Assembly: GCA_951406725.2 (NCBI GenBank)
Contig: OX597818.1
Location: forward strand, 133,486,001 to 133,550,000
Direction of reading: 5' to 3'
Source of the DNA: Octopus vulgaris
Taxonomy: Eukaryota
Length of the DNA: 64,000 nt
Shown here: positions 39,345 through 51,830 of the stretch, one piece after another
How positions within the stretch are numbered: position 1 is the stretch's first letter
Layout of the letters: each line of letters opens with the position of its first letter
Program-made: the position numbers and the translations under genes
The notes under the pieces: generated by a model
What the model was told of the DNA's origin: nothing
The model's database searches: none
Seen by the model: only the letters and a program-made list of their open reading frames with translations

Positions 39345-39582
39345 ACATTGAGGATGTGTCTTCTACTAGAGCTAGAGCTCTGACCCCTGTGAGTGGATTT
39401 GGTAGAAAGAAACAGAAAGAAGACCATCATACATATATATGTGTGTATACATATGAATTTGTGTGTATTTTTGCATCTGTGTTTATCACCTCATTACCAC
39501 TTGATAACCAGTGTTGGTATGTTTACATCCCCATAACTTAGCAGTTTGGCAAGAGTCCAACAGAATAAGCACCAGGCTTTAA
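39345..39582 (+). mobile_element. Diverged SINE family A fragment
   Basis: GTGAGTGGATTTGGTAGA..CCCATAACTTAGCAGTTTGGCAA. Confidence 0.7.
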
Positions 39583-39592
39583 ACACACACAC

Positions 39593-39629
<37 letters not shown>

Positions 39630-39957
39630 CACACACCAGCATTTACAAGCAGTAAATACTATTTACTGATCCTTTATAGGGAAGTTAAGACCTCCAGCCA
39701 GTTCAGAGTGTCCCTTTTGGTAACTGGTAGTACTGAGGGCAAAAAACACTTCAAATGTACCTACCAGTCCATAGGTCACACTCTGAACTGACTATGGTGT
39801 TTTTAACACCTTTTACCTAAAGCAAAAATTTTTCTTAGTAGGAAACTGCAGTGAAGTTACACTTTTAGAGGTCAAATATGTTCTGGACATATATGTGAAC
39901 TAATCTAAAGTTTGTTTATTTTAAAACCACTTTTTCACCCACCCACCACCCATTCCT

Positions 39958-40100
39958 ATCATCATCATCATCATCGTTTTCCATGCTGGCATGGACACTA
40001 GACAGGTTGATCAGAGCTGGCAAGCCAGAAAGCTGCAACAGGTTCCAGTCAAATTTACCTTGGTTTCTACAGCTGGATGCCCTTCCTGATGCCAACCACT
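39958..40100 (-). mobile_element. RTE 3' UTR fragment
   Basis: (CAT)n plus RTE tail consensus. Confidence 0.75.
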
Positions 40101-40125
40101 TTATAAAATGCACTTATATATATAT

Positions 40126-40543
40126 ACTCTTACTCTTTTACTCTTTTACTTGTTTCAGTCACTTGACTGTGGCCATGCTGGAGCACCACCTTTTAGTCGA
40201 GCAAATCGACCCCGGGACTTATTCTTTGTAAGCCTAGTACTTATTCTATCAGTCTCTTTTGCCGAACCGCTAAGTCACGGGGACGTAAACACAACAGCAT
40301 CGGTTGTCAAGCGATGTTAGCGGGACAAACACAGACACACAAACACGCACACACATATATATACATATATACATATATACGACGAGCTTCTTTCAGTTTC
40401 CGTCTACCAAATCCACTCACAAGGCTTTGGTCGGCCTGAGGCTATAGTAGAAGACACTTACCCAAGGTGCCATGCAGTGAGAATGAACCCAGAACCATGT
40501 GGTTGGTAAGCAAGCTACTTACCACACAGCCACTCCTATGCCT
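40126..40543 (-). mobile_element. SINE family A
   Basis: Full-length match. Confidence 0.9.
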
Positions 40544-40554
40544 ATATATATATA

Positions 40555-40703
40555 GTGGTTGGCGTTAGGAAGGGCATCCAGCTGTAGAAACATTGCCAGA
40601 TAAGACTGGAGCCTGGTGCAACCTTCTGGCTTCCCAGATCACAGGTCGAACCGTCCAACCCATGCTAGCATGGAGAACGGACGTTAAACTATGATGATGA
40701 TGA

Positions 40704-40706
<3 letters not shown>
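40555..40706 (+). mobile_element. RTE 3' UTR fragment with (GAT)n tail
   Basis: GTGGTTGGCGTTAGGAAGGGCATCCAGC..GGACGTTAAACTATGATGATG. Confidence 0.85.
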
Positions 40707-40769
<63 letters not shown>

Positions 40770-40773
<4 letters not shown>

Positions 40774-41106
40774 AACTGGCACTCCATCACTTACAATGAC
40801 TAGGGCTCCAATTGATCTGATCAACAGAACAGCTTTACACATGGGATCAATGTGCAAGGACATGAGCTTGCACATTAAAGTCACACATACCCCCTTCAGA
40901 TACTTCTCAGGGAGAATCAACATGATACAGAATGTGACAAGAGTGGCCCCTTGAACTACAGGTCCTACTCATTTTTGCCAGCTAAGTGGACTGGAGCAAC
41001 ATGAAATAAAGTGTCTTGCTCAAGAATACAACGTGCTGCTGGCAATCAAACTCATGACCCTACAATCTTGAGCTGAATACCCTAACCACTAAGCCACATG
41101 CCTTCA
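40770..41106 (-). mobile_element. SINE family D-like, diverged
   Basis: CTGGAGCAACATGAAATAAAGTGTCTTGCTCAAGAA..TAACCACTAAGCCACATGCCTTC. Confidence 0.7.
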
Positions 41107-41431
41107 CACACACACACACACATACATACACACACACATACATATATAAATATACATATAATATACATATACACACACACATTTATATATGTGTATATAT
41201 GTGTGCAAATATAATGTATATACATACACACATATATATATATACACATATGTATAAACATTCTATAGATGTTACTTGTGTCAATGACAGCTGAATGCCA
41301 TCACACTCAGTTTTCTGCATGTTGTTCCTCACTGAGGACCACATGCACTTTTACATACACACACACACATACACACACACACATACACACACACAAACAC
41401 ACACATACACGTATATTACAATCTATATTTA

Positions 41432-42700
41432 CAGAGGTTGGACAAAATAATGGAAACACCTAGCATCATAGCATCATAATTTTGAAATATCTATAAAACC
41501 ATCAAAAGCTTGTTTATTTTTATGTTTTTGATTTATTATTAGTGTTGCTTAATATGTTTTGCTAAAATTGCTGTTTCTTTTCAGACGTCATCAGAAAAAG
41601 GTAATTAAAATTCATTAAAATGACAAATCTATCGACTTTCAAAGAGGTCAAATTGTTGGTGCTTGTATGGCAGGTGCTAGCATAACGAAAACAGCTGTAA
41701 TGTTTGGTGAATCAAGAAGTACTGTCCCGAAAGTAATGACAGCCTTTGAGAAAGATTGAAAAACCTCCTCGTCAAAACCAAACTCTGGAAGAAAACCCAA
41801 ACTTTCAGATATGGACCGTCGGACTCTTACACGAATTCTTAGAAAGTATCACACAAGTACAGCTCCCTAATTACTGCAAAGCTTAATGACCATCTTGAGA
41901 ACCAGTTTCCACAAAAACTGTTTGCCGGGAGCTGTGCAAAGCTGGATTTCACAGAAGGGTTGCAATAAGAAAACCACAACTTCCAAAAGCAAATGTTGCA
42001 AAGCATTTGGAGTGGAGTAAAAACCTACAGAACTGATCCCTAGAGCAGTGGAAGAATTTGATTTTCTCGAGCAAGCCATCCTTTACCTTATTTCTGACCA
42101 CCCACCGAATATACGTGTGGAGACAGCCGAAAGAAGCATTTGATACAGACTGCCTTCTTCTTACTGTTAAACATGGAGGAGGATCTGTGATGATCAGCGG
42201 GGCTATATCTTGGAAATTCGCTGGCCCAATGGTTTCCTTTCATGGCAGAATTAACAGTCAAGACTTTTTAAGCATTATATCTGATCAAATTCATCCTATG
42301 GTTGCGGAACTGTTTCCGGAGAGAAACACAATCTTTCAGGATGATAATGCACCAATTCACACAGCTAAATTTCTTACTGAATGGTACAAAGAACATTCTA
42401 GTGAAATTGAACATCTTTTCTGGCCACCACAGTCCCCAGATCTCAATATTATTGAACATTTATGGTGCATTTTAGAAAAACAAGTAAGGAGTCAATATCC
42501 TCCACCATCAACTCTACAAGAACTGGAGACAGTTTTAGCTGAAGAATGGATAAATATTCCTTTAGAAACAATTCAAACTTTGTACAAGTCCATACATCAT
42601 AGAATTAAAGCTGTAATTACTGCCAAAGGCGGTCCTACCCCTTATTAAAATAAGTTTGTTTGAAATTTTAAGGTGTTTCCATTATTTTGGCCAAACCCTG
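41432..42700 (+). mobile_element. Full-length Tc1-like DD36E transposon (1269 bp), non-functional transposase at about 41620-42648
   Basis: TA|CAGAGGTTGGACAAAATAATGGAAACACC..GGTGTTTCCATTATTTTGGCCAAACCCTG|TA. FQDDNAPIH-(36 aa spacing)-SPDLNIIEHLW. Frameshifts and stops upstream. Confidence 0.95.
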
Positions 42701-43002
42701 TATATATTTGTATGAGTGTGTTTCCGTGTCTATATATTTATGCTATCAGAAGTGCTTTTAGCAATTCAACAAAAAGATATTGGCAAAAATAAGTACCAGG
42801 TTGAAATATGTACTGCAGTTAATATGGGAGACTAAACTGCTGAAAGTACATTCCAAAACATTCGAAGTTCATAAAACTAGTAATAGAATAAATGAATAAC
42901 TGAGCAAATTCCTTCTGTGAGAAAATGTATTATTCAGTGTTTTCAAATTAAGATACTATACGATATTGTACTGACAAATGAAAATTGTTTCCAACTAAAA
43001 GT

Positions 43003-43341
43003 ATTTGTAAATAATCGTTTTATAAATGCTTAACACTTTAGCATTTAAAGCAGCCATATCCATCCAAAACATTCTACATGGTGCCCCAGCATGGCCGCGG
43101 CCTTCGGGCTAAAGCATTTGTAAATAATCGTTTTATAAATACTTAACACTTTAGCATTTAAAGCAGCCATATCCATCCAAAATATTCTACATGGTGCCCC
43201 AGCATGGTCGCGGCCTTCAGGCTAAAGCATTTGTAAATAATCATTTTATAAATGCTTAACACTTTAGCATTTAAAGCAGCCATATCCATCCAAAACATTC
43301 TACATGGTGCCCCAGCATGGCCGCAGCCTTCGGGCTAAAAC
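43003..43341. repeat. Tandem repeat, 113 bp x 3
   Basis: Units start at 43003, 43116 and 43229. Confidence 0.95.
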
Positions 43342-43534
43342 ATTTTTAAGGATTTAAGGATATTCAAACTGGCCAGATCTGGCCTCTCACACCAATCCTA
43401 CAATGTCATTCTCAAAATAAGCAATCATATTATTGAAATCTCAAAGCTATGAAATAATGCATGATTAACTAAAAAAACAATGTGAATAAATAAGTATTAC
43501 ATTCAACAAAGTAATTTGAAAGCAAAAGGGTTAA
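43256..43534. mobile_element. piggyBac-type MITE (TTAA-flanked) containing a SINE-tail insertion
   Basis: TTAA|CACTTTAGCATT..AAAGCAAAAGGG|TTAA. Related fragment at about 39170-39320. Confidence 0.6.
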
Positions 43535-43836
43535 ATTTTGCATTAGTCTGCAACTAACTTTACTGAAATTACAGAAGTAATTACCATAAACCAAAAAAAA
43601 TTAACATAACTTTGCATCTTATAATATCAATTTCAGTATTGGCGCATCTTTCTCTCTGCAGCTTCCATTTCCTGATAGTTACAGTGGATAAACAGTGTGA
43701 TGACCAAGAGTGTGCTGGTGTCTACTTGTGAATAAATACATGGGTAGTGGAAACAATTAACAAAAGCATGGTATATAATAACAAATCATCTTTGAGTGTG
43801 AGGGACAGCTTTACTAAGAAGCACACCACTATCTAA

Positions 43837-43838
<2 letters not shown>

Positions 43839-43870
<32 letters not shown>

Positions 43871-44990
43871 GTTTAGCATCCGCTTTCCATGCTGGCATGG
43901 GTTGGACGGTTCAACTGGGGATCTGGGAAGCCAGAAGGCTGCACCAGGCTCCAGTCTGATCTGGCAATGTTTCTACGGCTGGATGCCCTTCCTAACGCCA
44001 ACCACTCCGTGAGTGTAGTGGGTGCTTTGTGTGTGCCACCGGCACGGGTGCCAGGGGAGGCTGGCAAACGGCCATGATCGGATGGTGCTTTTTTATGTGC
44101 CACCGGCACGGGGGCCAGGCGAAGCTGGCAACAGCCACGATCGGATGGTGCTTTTTTATGTGCCACCGGCACGGGGGCCAGGGGAGGCTGGCAAACGGCC
44201 ATGATCGGATGGTGCTTTTTATGTGCCACCAGCACGGGGGCTAGGCGAAGCTGGCAAACGGCCACGATCGGATGGTGCTTTTTATGTGCCACCGGCACGG
44301 GGGCCAGGCGAGGCTGGCAAACGGCCATGATCGGATGGTGCTTTTTATGTGCCACCAGCACGGGGGCCAGGCGAAGCTGGCAAACGGCCACGATCGGATG
44401 GTGCTTTTTATGTGCCACCGGCACGGGGGCCAGGCGAGGCTGGCAAACGGCCATGATCGGATGGTGCTTTTTATGTGCCACCAGCACGGGGCCCAGGCGA
44501 AGCTGGCAACAGCCACGATCGGATGGTGCTTTTTATGTGCCACCGGCACAGGGGCCAGGCGAAGCTGGCAAACGGCCACGATCGGATGGTGCTTTTTATG
44601 TGCCACCGGCACGGGGGCCAGGCGAGGCTGGCAAACGGCCATGATCGGATGGTGCTTTTTATGTGCCACCAGCACGGGGGCCAGGCGAAGCTGGCAACAG
44701 CCACGATCGGATGGTGCTTTTTATGTGCCACTGGCACGGGGGCCAGGCGAGGCTGGCAAACGGCCATGATCGGATGGTGCTTTTTATGTGCCACCAGCAC
44801 GGGGGCCAGGCGAAGCTGGCAACAGCCACGATCGGATGGTGCTTTTTATGTGCCACTGGCACGGGGGCCAGGGGAGGCTGGCAAACGGCCATGATCGGAT
44901 GGTGCTTTTTATGTGCCACCGGCACGGGGGCCAGGCGAGGCTGGCAACAGCCACGATCGGATGGTGCTTTTTTCGTGCCGCTGGCACGAG
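43839..44990 (-). mobile_element. RTE 3' UTR containing a GC-rich minisatellite (62-63 bp x about 15, 44032-44990)
   Basis: (CAT)n tail and RTE UTR, then repeats of ATGTGCCACC(G/A)GCACGGGGGCCAGGCGA(G/A)GCTGGCAA..GCCA(T/C)GATCGGATGGTGCTTTTT. Confidence 0.9.
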
Positions 44991-45296
44991 GACATTTATA
45001 AAAAGTATAATGTAGTCAAGAATTAACTTTAGCTGTACTTGCTTGTTGAGTGGATATTTCTACAATCTTCCAGATTAGGAGAAAAAACAGTATTTCCCAA
45101 ATGACCATGATTTCAACATTTTGCATTGATTTGTATTAGAAAGGAAGAAAATGTACCAGGAGGATGATGTGGTTATTTAGAGAGTGTGCAGAATCAGTAA
45201 GACTAGCAGGACTTGTGGAAATTCCACAGCGTAAGTCAGCATATTTGAAAACATTATGTTATTACATTAAACACAAGCAAGAAATTTAAAAAAAAA

Positions 45297-45712
45297 TTTT
45301 TTTTTTGAAATCCTGCAGTGCATGGCATCAAAGTGACACTGGGGTAAAATATATGAAGCCCAGTATACCCATCATGACTACCCATCTGATAAGGGTACAC
45401 CAGGCACATGCATTACAACCATATGTGCGCAACATGGTGATTTCATATCAAGATAAACAGCACATGACCTCGCGGGTGGGGCCCAGTTAGGATTTTCTTC
45501 TAGTCGAGTAACCCATCCTGCTCAAAAGGTCCCTGAATGAGGATTGTTTAAGGATCTTGAACGAACAACCCATGTTTCCAAAGGTGAATTATCCAAATCC
45601 CTAAGAATTCCTTTCAACACACGGCTATGATGCTCCCCCATGATGCTCGTGATCAGAGATGCACATATCGTCATGAGAGCCACTGTCTGGTACTGCATCA
45701 GGGCATTCATCA
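45297..45712 (-). mobile_element. Dispersed repeat, probably a non-LTR 3' end with poly(A)
   Basis: T10 run at the left end. Parts recur at 26545-26710 and (reverse) 24765-24800. Confidence 0.5.
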
Positions 45713-45730
45713 TCATCATTGTTATTATTA

Positions 45731-45774
<44 letters not shown>

Positions 45775-46013
45775 CATTAAATTTTATGCAAAGAGGCCCT
45801 TATTGCATGATTTTCTTTACTTTCAAATTTATTAATTAGGAGATGCATTTAATATTTAATTTGTTACTTCATCTGATCATCATTCAACTAGGACTTTTCT
45901 GTACCTCATACTTCTTTGTCCTAATATATTTGAAACTTAAATATCTAAGTACTCTATGATTTATGTCTTGATACTTTAACCCCAAAATGAAATATTTGGT
46001 TGCATGTTACTTT

Positions 46014-46430
46014 ACAGGAGTGGCTGTGTGGTAAGTAGCTTGCTTACCAACCACATGGTTTCGGGTTCAGTCCCACTGCGTGGCATCTTGGGCAAGTGTC
46101 CTCTGCTATAGCCCTGGGCTGACCAATGCCTTGTGAGTGGATTTGGTAGACGGAAACTGAAAGAAGCCTGTCGTATATATGTATATATATATATATATAT
46201 GTATGTGTGCGTTTGTGTGTCTGTGCTTGTCCCCCTAGCATTGCTTGACAACTGATGCTGGTGTGTTTACGTCCCCGTCACTTAGCGGTTTGGCAAAAGA
46301 GACTGATAGAATAAGTACTGGGCTTACAAAGAATAAGTCCCGGGGTCGATTTGCTCGACTAAAGGTGGTGCTCCAGCATGGCCGCAGTCAAAATGACTGA
46401 AACAAGTAAAAGAGTAAGGAGTAAAGAGTA
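46014..46430 (+). mobile_element. SINE family A
   Basis: Near full-length match. Confidence 0.9.
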
Positions 46431-46560
46431 TCTACTTTAATGGTAACATCAACTGGTTATTGTCAAATATTTCTTGTATTGAAATGTAAGCTAGTTTCAT
46501 TAATACTTGACTAATGTGAGTTAGTTGTAATTAAAAGGTTTGAATATGATCCAAGTTGAA

Positions 46561-46944
46561 TCTCTCTCTATATAAATGGCAGTTTGTCTGTGTGTGTTTC
46601 TGTGTGTCTGTTTGGTTGTACCCTCACCCTGACCACGGCTTTCAACCGATTCTGATGAAACTTGACACACACATAGCCCAATGTCATAATTCAAAACTAA
46701 CGCAGCGAAAATTTTGAAAAGTTCCCCCAGTTCTGAAAAAAATCGATAAATTCGACATGGGGTCGAGAATCAGAAACACAAACCACAGACTGTCTAGGGG
46801 ACGCAACTCGACCTTTTTTAACTCAAAAAAAATTTACCATCATTCTTTTTCCATTTTTTTGCTATTTTTTTGGCTATAACTCTCTAAAAATGCTTTATAG
46901 TTATTTCCCTTACAAACCTAAGCAACGCCGGGCAATACTGCTAG
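46561..46944 (+). mobile_element. Non-autonomous Helitron
   Basis: A|TCTCTCTCTATATAAA 5' end; subterminal CCTAAGCAACGCCGGG; CTAG|T 3' end; inserted between A and T with no TSD. Confidence 0.8.
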
Positions 46945-48093
46945 TAAATGATATTTGCTAAAGAATATCTTGTGATTTATACTTTTACACAGTTTTATTC
47001 AAGTATGCAATGTACAGATTAATCTCCTGCAACTAATGTAGGGGTATTTCTTATTTCTTTTTTGGAGCATTTTGTAAGCAAGTATAGATAGCAATTTGCA
47101 TTTTTTTTATAACTCTGGAGATGCAACTATCATTAAATAAATTGAATATTGTATGTTGTTTACTATGTGAGAATATATAAACAAAGACAATTATATAGGT
47201 AAATGCTAAGCTGACTTTATTTTATAAGAGCTTGTGTATGAAGATATGAATATAGAGATATAGGTACATAATTGTACAAACACACACACACACACACCTA
47301 CACATATGGTAATATATATAGATGCTTGTGCATATTTTGTGTATATGTTTGTTTGCCTATATTTATGTGTTTATGTATAGTTATAGGCATGTTTGTTCCA
47401 GAAGGAAGTACTGAGAAAATTTATTGCAGATTACATCAGTTTATTCTTAACAATAATTGGCTTGGATGATGATGGGAAGAGTAAAATATTCTATGAGCTA
47501 TTAAAATTTAAAATTCTAAATTTAATGATACTGAATTGATAGGTCTTATTTCAGTATTAAATGTTTTTGGTTTATATAAACGAGTATTGTGAATAATGAA
47601 ATGAAATTTCTGACTTAAGATCGAGATAGCTTACCAATTGTCTAAATAATAATACCAATTGTTGAAGATAATTACATAGGTAGACGTTAACTTTACTTGA
47701 ATTTATGAGAAAATGTGGAAATTGTGTACAAACATAGGAATACTGCAATATATGCATTTGCATTTTTTTGAATACAGAGATATCTCTCTAGTTATGCATA
47801 AATGTGCCAGTATATCTGTATGTATGCACATACATATATGTATGTGTGTGTGCAAGGATGTATGTATATGTATGTGCGTGTGCATGGATGTATGTGTTGT
47901 AGAAATGTACAATCAAGAAGAGGGTGTGAATTATTTTCAGAGTATACAGGTGATTTTATTACACTTGGCTTGGATTCTACCTAGTAGTTAGAATTAAAGA
48001 TTCTGATTTTAATGATAATGTGTTGGTAAAACTTTTATCAGCATTGAATGTTTTTTGTACATAGGTATTAGAACCATGAATACTATGAACTAA

Positions 48094-48478
48094 GGAGGCG
48101 CAATGGCCCAGTCGTTAGGGCAGCGGACTCGCGGTCGTAGGATCACAGTTTCAATTCCCAGACCGGGCGTTGTGAGTGTTTATTGAGCGAAAAAACTTAA
48201 AGCTCCACGAGGCTCCGGCAGGGGATGGTGGTGATCCCTGTTGTACTCTTTCACCACAACTTTCTCTCACTCTTACTTCCTGTTTCTGTTGTACCTATAT
48301 TTCAAGGGGCCGGCCTTGTCACTCTCTGTGTCACGTTGAATATCCCCGAGAACTACGTTAAGGGGACACGTGTCTGTGGAGTGCTCAGCCACTTACACGT
48401 TAATTTCACGAGCAGGCTGTTCCGTTGATTCGGATTAACCGGAACCCTCATCGTCGTAACCGACGGAGTGCTTCCACC
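48094..48478 (+). mobile_element. tRNA-derived SINE, family B
   Basis: GGAGGCGCAATGGCCCAGT.GTTAGGGCAGCG..TTTC.ATTCCC head. TSD ACTATGAACT. Confidence 0.9.
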
Positions 48479-48489
48479 ACTATGAACTT

Positions 48490-49205
48490 CATATCTAAAA
48501 TCCAGCTTCCTGTCATCTTCCCTACTTACTAATACCTTAGTCTTTGCTAAGTTTACCATGAGGCCTCTTGATTCTAGGTTTAACTTCCATTCCTTTAACT
48601 TCCTCTCTAATTTTTCTATATAGGCGCAGGAGTGGCTGTGTGGTAAGTAGCTTGTTTACCAACCACATGGTTCTGGGTTCAGTCCCACTGTGTGGCACCT
48701 TGGGCAAGTGTCTTCTACTATAGCCTCGGGCCGACCAAAGCCTTGTGAGTGAATTTGGTAGATGGAAACTAAAAGAAGCCCGTCGTATATATGTATATAT
48801 ATATATATGCATGTGTGTGTTTGTGTGTCTGTGTTTGTCCCCCTAGCATTGCTTGAAAACCGATGCTGGTGTGTTTATATCCCCGTTACTTAGCGATTCG
48901 ACAAAAGAGACCGTACTGGGCTTATAAAAGAATAAGTCCAGGGGTCGAGTTGCTTGATTAAAGGCGGTGCTCCAGCATGGCCGCAGTCAAATGACTGAAA
49001 CAAGTAAAAGAGTAAAAGAGAGTCTACAATGAGAACATGATCATCAGCAGATAGGACTTCCCATGGACAGCCAGCCTCAGACTCCTTTCTAATGGGGAAT
49101 AGAAGTAAACTGAAGACTGAGTCTTGATGGACTCCTGCCTTAATATTAAATTTGTCACTGAAATCGTTGCTTACTGTATCTTTATACATAACTTGGTCAA
49201 CCCTC
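48490..49205 (-). mobile_element. RTE RT fragment interrupted by SINE A (48622-49022, + strand)
   Basis: AGVHQDSVFSLLLF..GCPWEVLSADDHVLI, resuming after the SINE as LESRGLMVNLAKTKVLV. Confidence 0.85.
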
Positions 49206-49482
49206 ACAAGTCACTTATTTTATAAAACACCCGTAACATATATATGCATGTGTGAATGTATATATCTATGTGTGTATGTGTAAATTACGTGCATATACAT
49301 TACATATATCATAGACTGATCTGTTGTAAATGATAGATATATTTCCATACCAGAAACTGAAACCAGTATCTTGAGATCATGAGTGTGACATCCACACCAC
49401 TACGCTACATGTCCTCTATATATTACCTATATAATGTATGTGTGTGTATGTATGTATGTAAATATGTATATATATATGTATA

Positions 49483-49517
<35 letters not shown>

Positions 49518-49574
49518 CATCATTATCATCGTTGTTTAACGTCCATGCTGGCATGGCTGGGACAGCTAGCATAC

Positions 49575-49605
<31 letters not shown>

Positions 49606-49616
49606 TAATAACACAA

Positions 49617-50043
49617 ATGTGGATGTGCGGTAAGAAGCTTGCTTCCCAACCGCATCGTTCCAGGTTCAGTCCCACTGCATGGCACCTTGGACAAGTGTCT
49701 TCTTACTACAGCCTCAGGCCATCCAAAGCCTTATAAGTTGATTTGGTAGAGAGAAACTGAAAGAAGCCCATCATATATATATGCATGCATGTATGTATGT
49801 ATGTATGTATGTATGTATGTATGTATGTATGTATGCATGTATTTGTATGTCTGTGTTTGTCCTCCTACCATCTCTTGATAACCAATGTTGGTGTGTTTAT
49901 GTCCCCATAACTTAGCAGTTTGGCAAAAGAGACCGATAGAATAAGTTCTAGGCTTAGAAAGAATAAGCCCTGGGGTTGATTTGTTCAACTAAAAGTGGTG
50001 CTTTAGCATGGCCACAGTCAAATGACTGAAACAAGTAAAAGAA
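49617..50043 (+). mobile_element. SINE family A, diverged, followed by (GGAT)n(GGAC)n
   Basis: Family A similarity throughout. Confidence 0.8.
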
Positions 50044-50184
50044 GATGGATGGATGGATGGATGGATGGATGGATGGATGGATGGACGGACGGACGGACGG
50101 ACGGACGGACGGACGGACGGATACATGATGGTAGAAAGTTGTCTCAGTGGTTAGAGCACCAGATCACCAAATAATTGTGTTTAA

Positions 50185-50404
50185 CTCTTTCATTACTGTA
50201 TTTATTTTGAGATGTTCTGTGTTTCTTTCAGTTACTTTAAATATAACAAAGAATTTCGTAAAATAACTTATTTACCATTCAGCTAGTGTCAGGAACATAA
50301 ATTGCGACTAAGGTTTGATGGAAGATTTTAATTCAAAACTTATGAAAACAAGACATTTGTACTCAGAGCCAGAGCCAGCGTCAGCTGGGTTGGTAATGAA
50401 AGGG
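50185..50404. mobile_element. piggyBac-type MITE
   Basis: TTAA|CTCTTTCATTAC..GTAATGAAAGGG|TTCA. Reverse copy at 59532-59848. Confidence 0.75.
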
Positions 50405-50501
50405 TTCATTCTAGTCCTTCTAAATCTTTTGCAAATCATCCAGTTCCTATAAACATATTAATCATCTGGATTTTTTTAATCATCAAATACACACATACAC
50501 A

Positions 50502-50722
50502 CCTATTTCTTTACTACCCACAAGGGGCTAAACACACAGAGAACAAACAAGGACAGACAAATGGATTAAGTCGATTATATCAACCCCAGTGCGTAACTGG
50601 TACTTATTTAATCGACCCCGAAAGGATGAAAGGCAAAGTCAACCTCGGCGGAATTCGAACTCAGAACGTAACGGCAGACGCAATACCGCTAAGCATTTCG
50701 CCCGGTGTGCTAACGTTTCTGC
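50502..50722 (-). mobile_element. SINE family C
   Basis: Match to 60740-60972. Confidence 0.85.
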
Positions 50723-50780
50723 ACACACACACACACACATACACACACAACACACACAAATATATATGTATACGTTATTT

Positions 50781-50970
50781 GTGTATTGAGGTTACCATTG
50801 GTTTCAGGTTAAGAAATATCTTAACAATTATTCAAGCCAATCAAATAGAAAAATTGGAGTTTGTCTCCATTTTGGATTAAAAACACAAACACCAATTTTT
50901 GCATGTGATCAGCTTCAATAATTGTTGGATATATTTCTTAACATGAAACCAAAAGTAGCTTAAAATACAC
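50781..50970. repeat. Imperfect inverted repeat (arms about 85 bp), MITE-like
   Basis: GTGTATT..TTGGTTTCA.GTTAAGAAATAT..AACAATTATT is mirrored on the right arm. Confidence 0.75.
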
Positions 50971-51032
50971 AAATGGAGAATCTGTATCCACCAATGTGGT
51001 GTTGAGCACTCATTCTCATTGTTCAATATATA

Positions 51033-51256
51033 CTCTCTTTTACTTGTTTAAGTTATTTGACTGTGGCCATGCTGGAGCACCGCTTTTAGTCGAGCAAATC
51101 GGCCCCAGGACTTATTCTTTGTAAACCTAGTACTTATTTTATCAGTCTTTTTGGCTAAACCGCTAAGTTACGGGTATGTAAACACACCAGCATCGGTTGT
51201 CAAGTGATGTTGGGGGGACAAACACAGACACACAAACATATACACACACATACATT

Positions 51257-51295
<39 letters not shown>

Positions 51296-51455
51296 CAGGC
51301 TTCTTTCAGTTTCTGTCTACCAAATCCACTCACAAGGCTTTGGTTGGCAGAAGGCTATAGTAGAAGACACTTGCCCAAGGTGCCATGCAGTGGGAATGAA
51401 CCCAGAACCATGTAGTTGGTAAGCAAGCTACTTACCACACAGCCAGTCCTGCACC
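51033..51455 (-). mobile_element. SINE family A
   Basis: Full-length match. Confidence 0.9.
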
Positions 51456-51477
51456 TATAAGATAGTTAGATAGATAG

Positions 51478-51830
51478 ATAAAACTTACTTCGAAGAAGAT
51501 GCGTAGCATTCAATCATATAATAATATAAATAATATATACATATATATGCATATATACATACGTATAGGTACATACTTACATCTATACGTATACATATAT
51601 ATATATGCATATGTGGACACATGATGTCATGAAACATGTGCAACAAAAAAATACAAAATACGAGTACATGGAATATGAACTATTTTTTGAACAACAAAAG
51701 ACACAAATGGAAAACAAGACAAACAACATAAAGAACAACCCTTCATCAGTTGTTGGCTGTTTTTTCTACTCTCGTATTTCGAGCATTTAACAACAATATA
51801 TACTTTCGATAAAACAGTTGACCCCACAAA
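51478..51830 (-). repeat. Unclassified repeat homologous to 7812-8103, abutting (GATA)n
   Basis: See 7812-8103. Confidence 0.6.

Noticed and set aside
43630-43731. Strong acceptor TCTTTCTCTCTGCAG as a coding exon start
   Set aside because: All frames close within about 25 codons, the peptide is unrecognisable, and there is no partner exon.
43728-43755. ACATGGGTAGTG resembling miR-71
   Set aside because: The seed and 3' end do not match and there is no precursor hairpin.
44032-44990. GC-rich repeat array as a CRISPR array, or its overlapping 100-200 aa ORFs as genes
   Set aside because: Units are contiguous with no unique spacers, there are no cas genes, the context is eukaryotic, and the ORFs are just the 63-bp period read in several frames.
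48176-48428. Recurrent ORFs such as MFIERK.., MRNWYL.. and ..YDRLLSVSVYQIHSQ as a multigene family
   Set aside because: They are conceptual translations of SINE families A-C.
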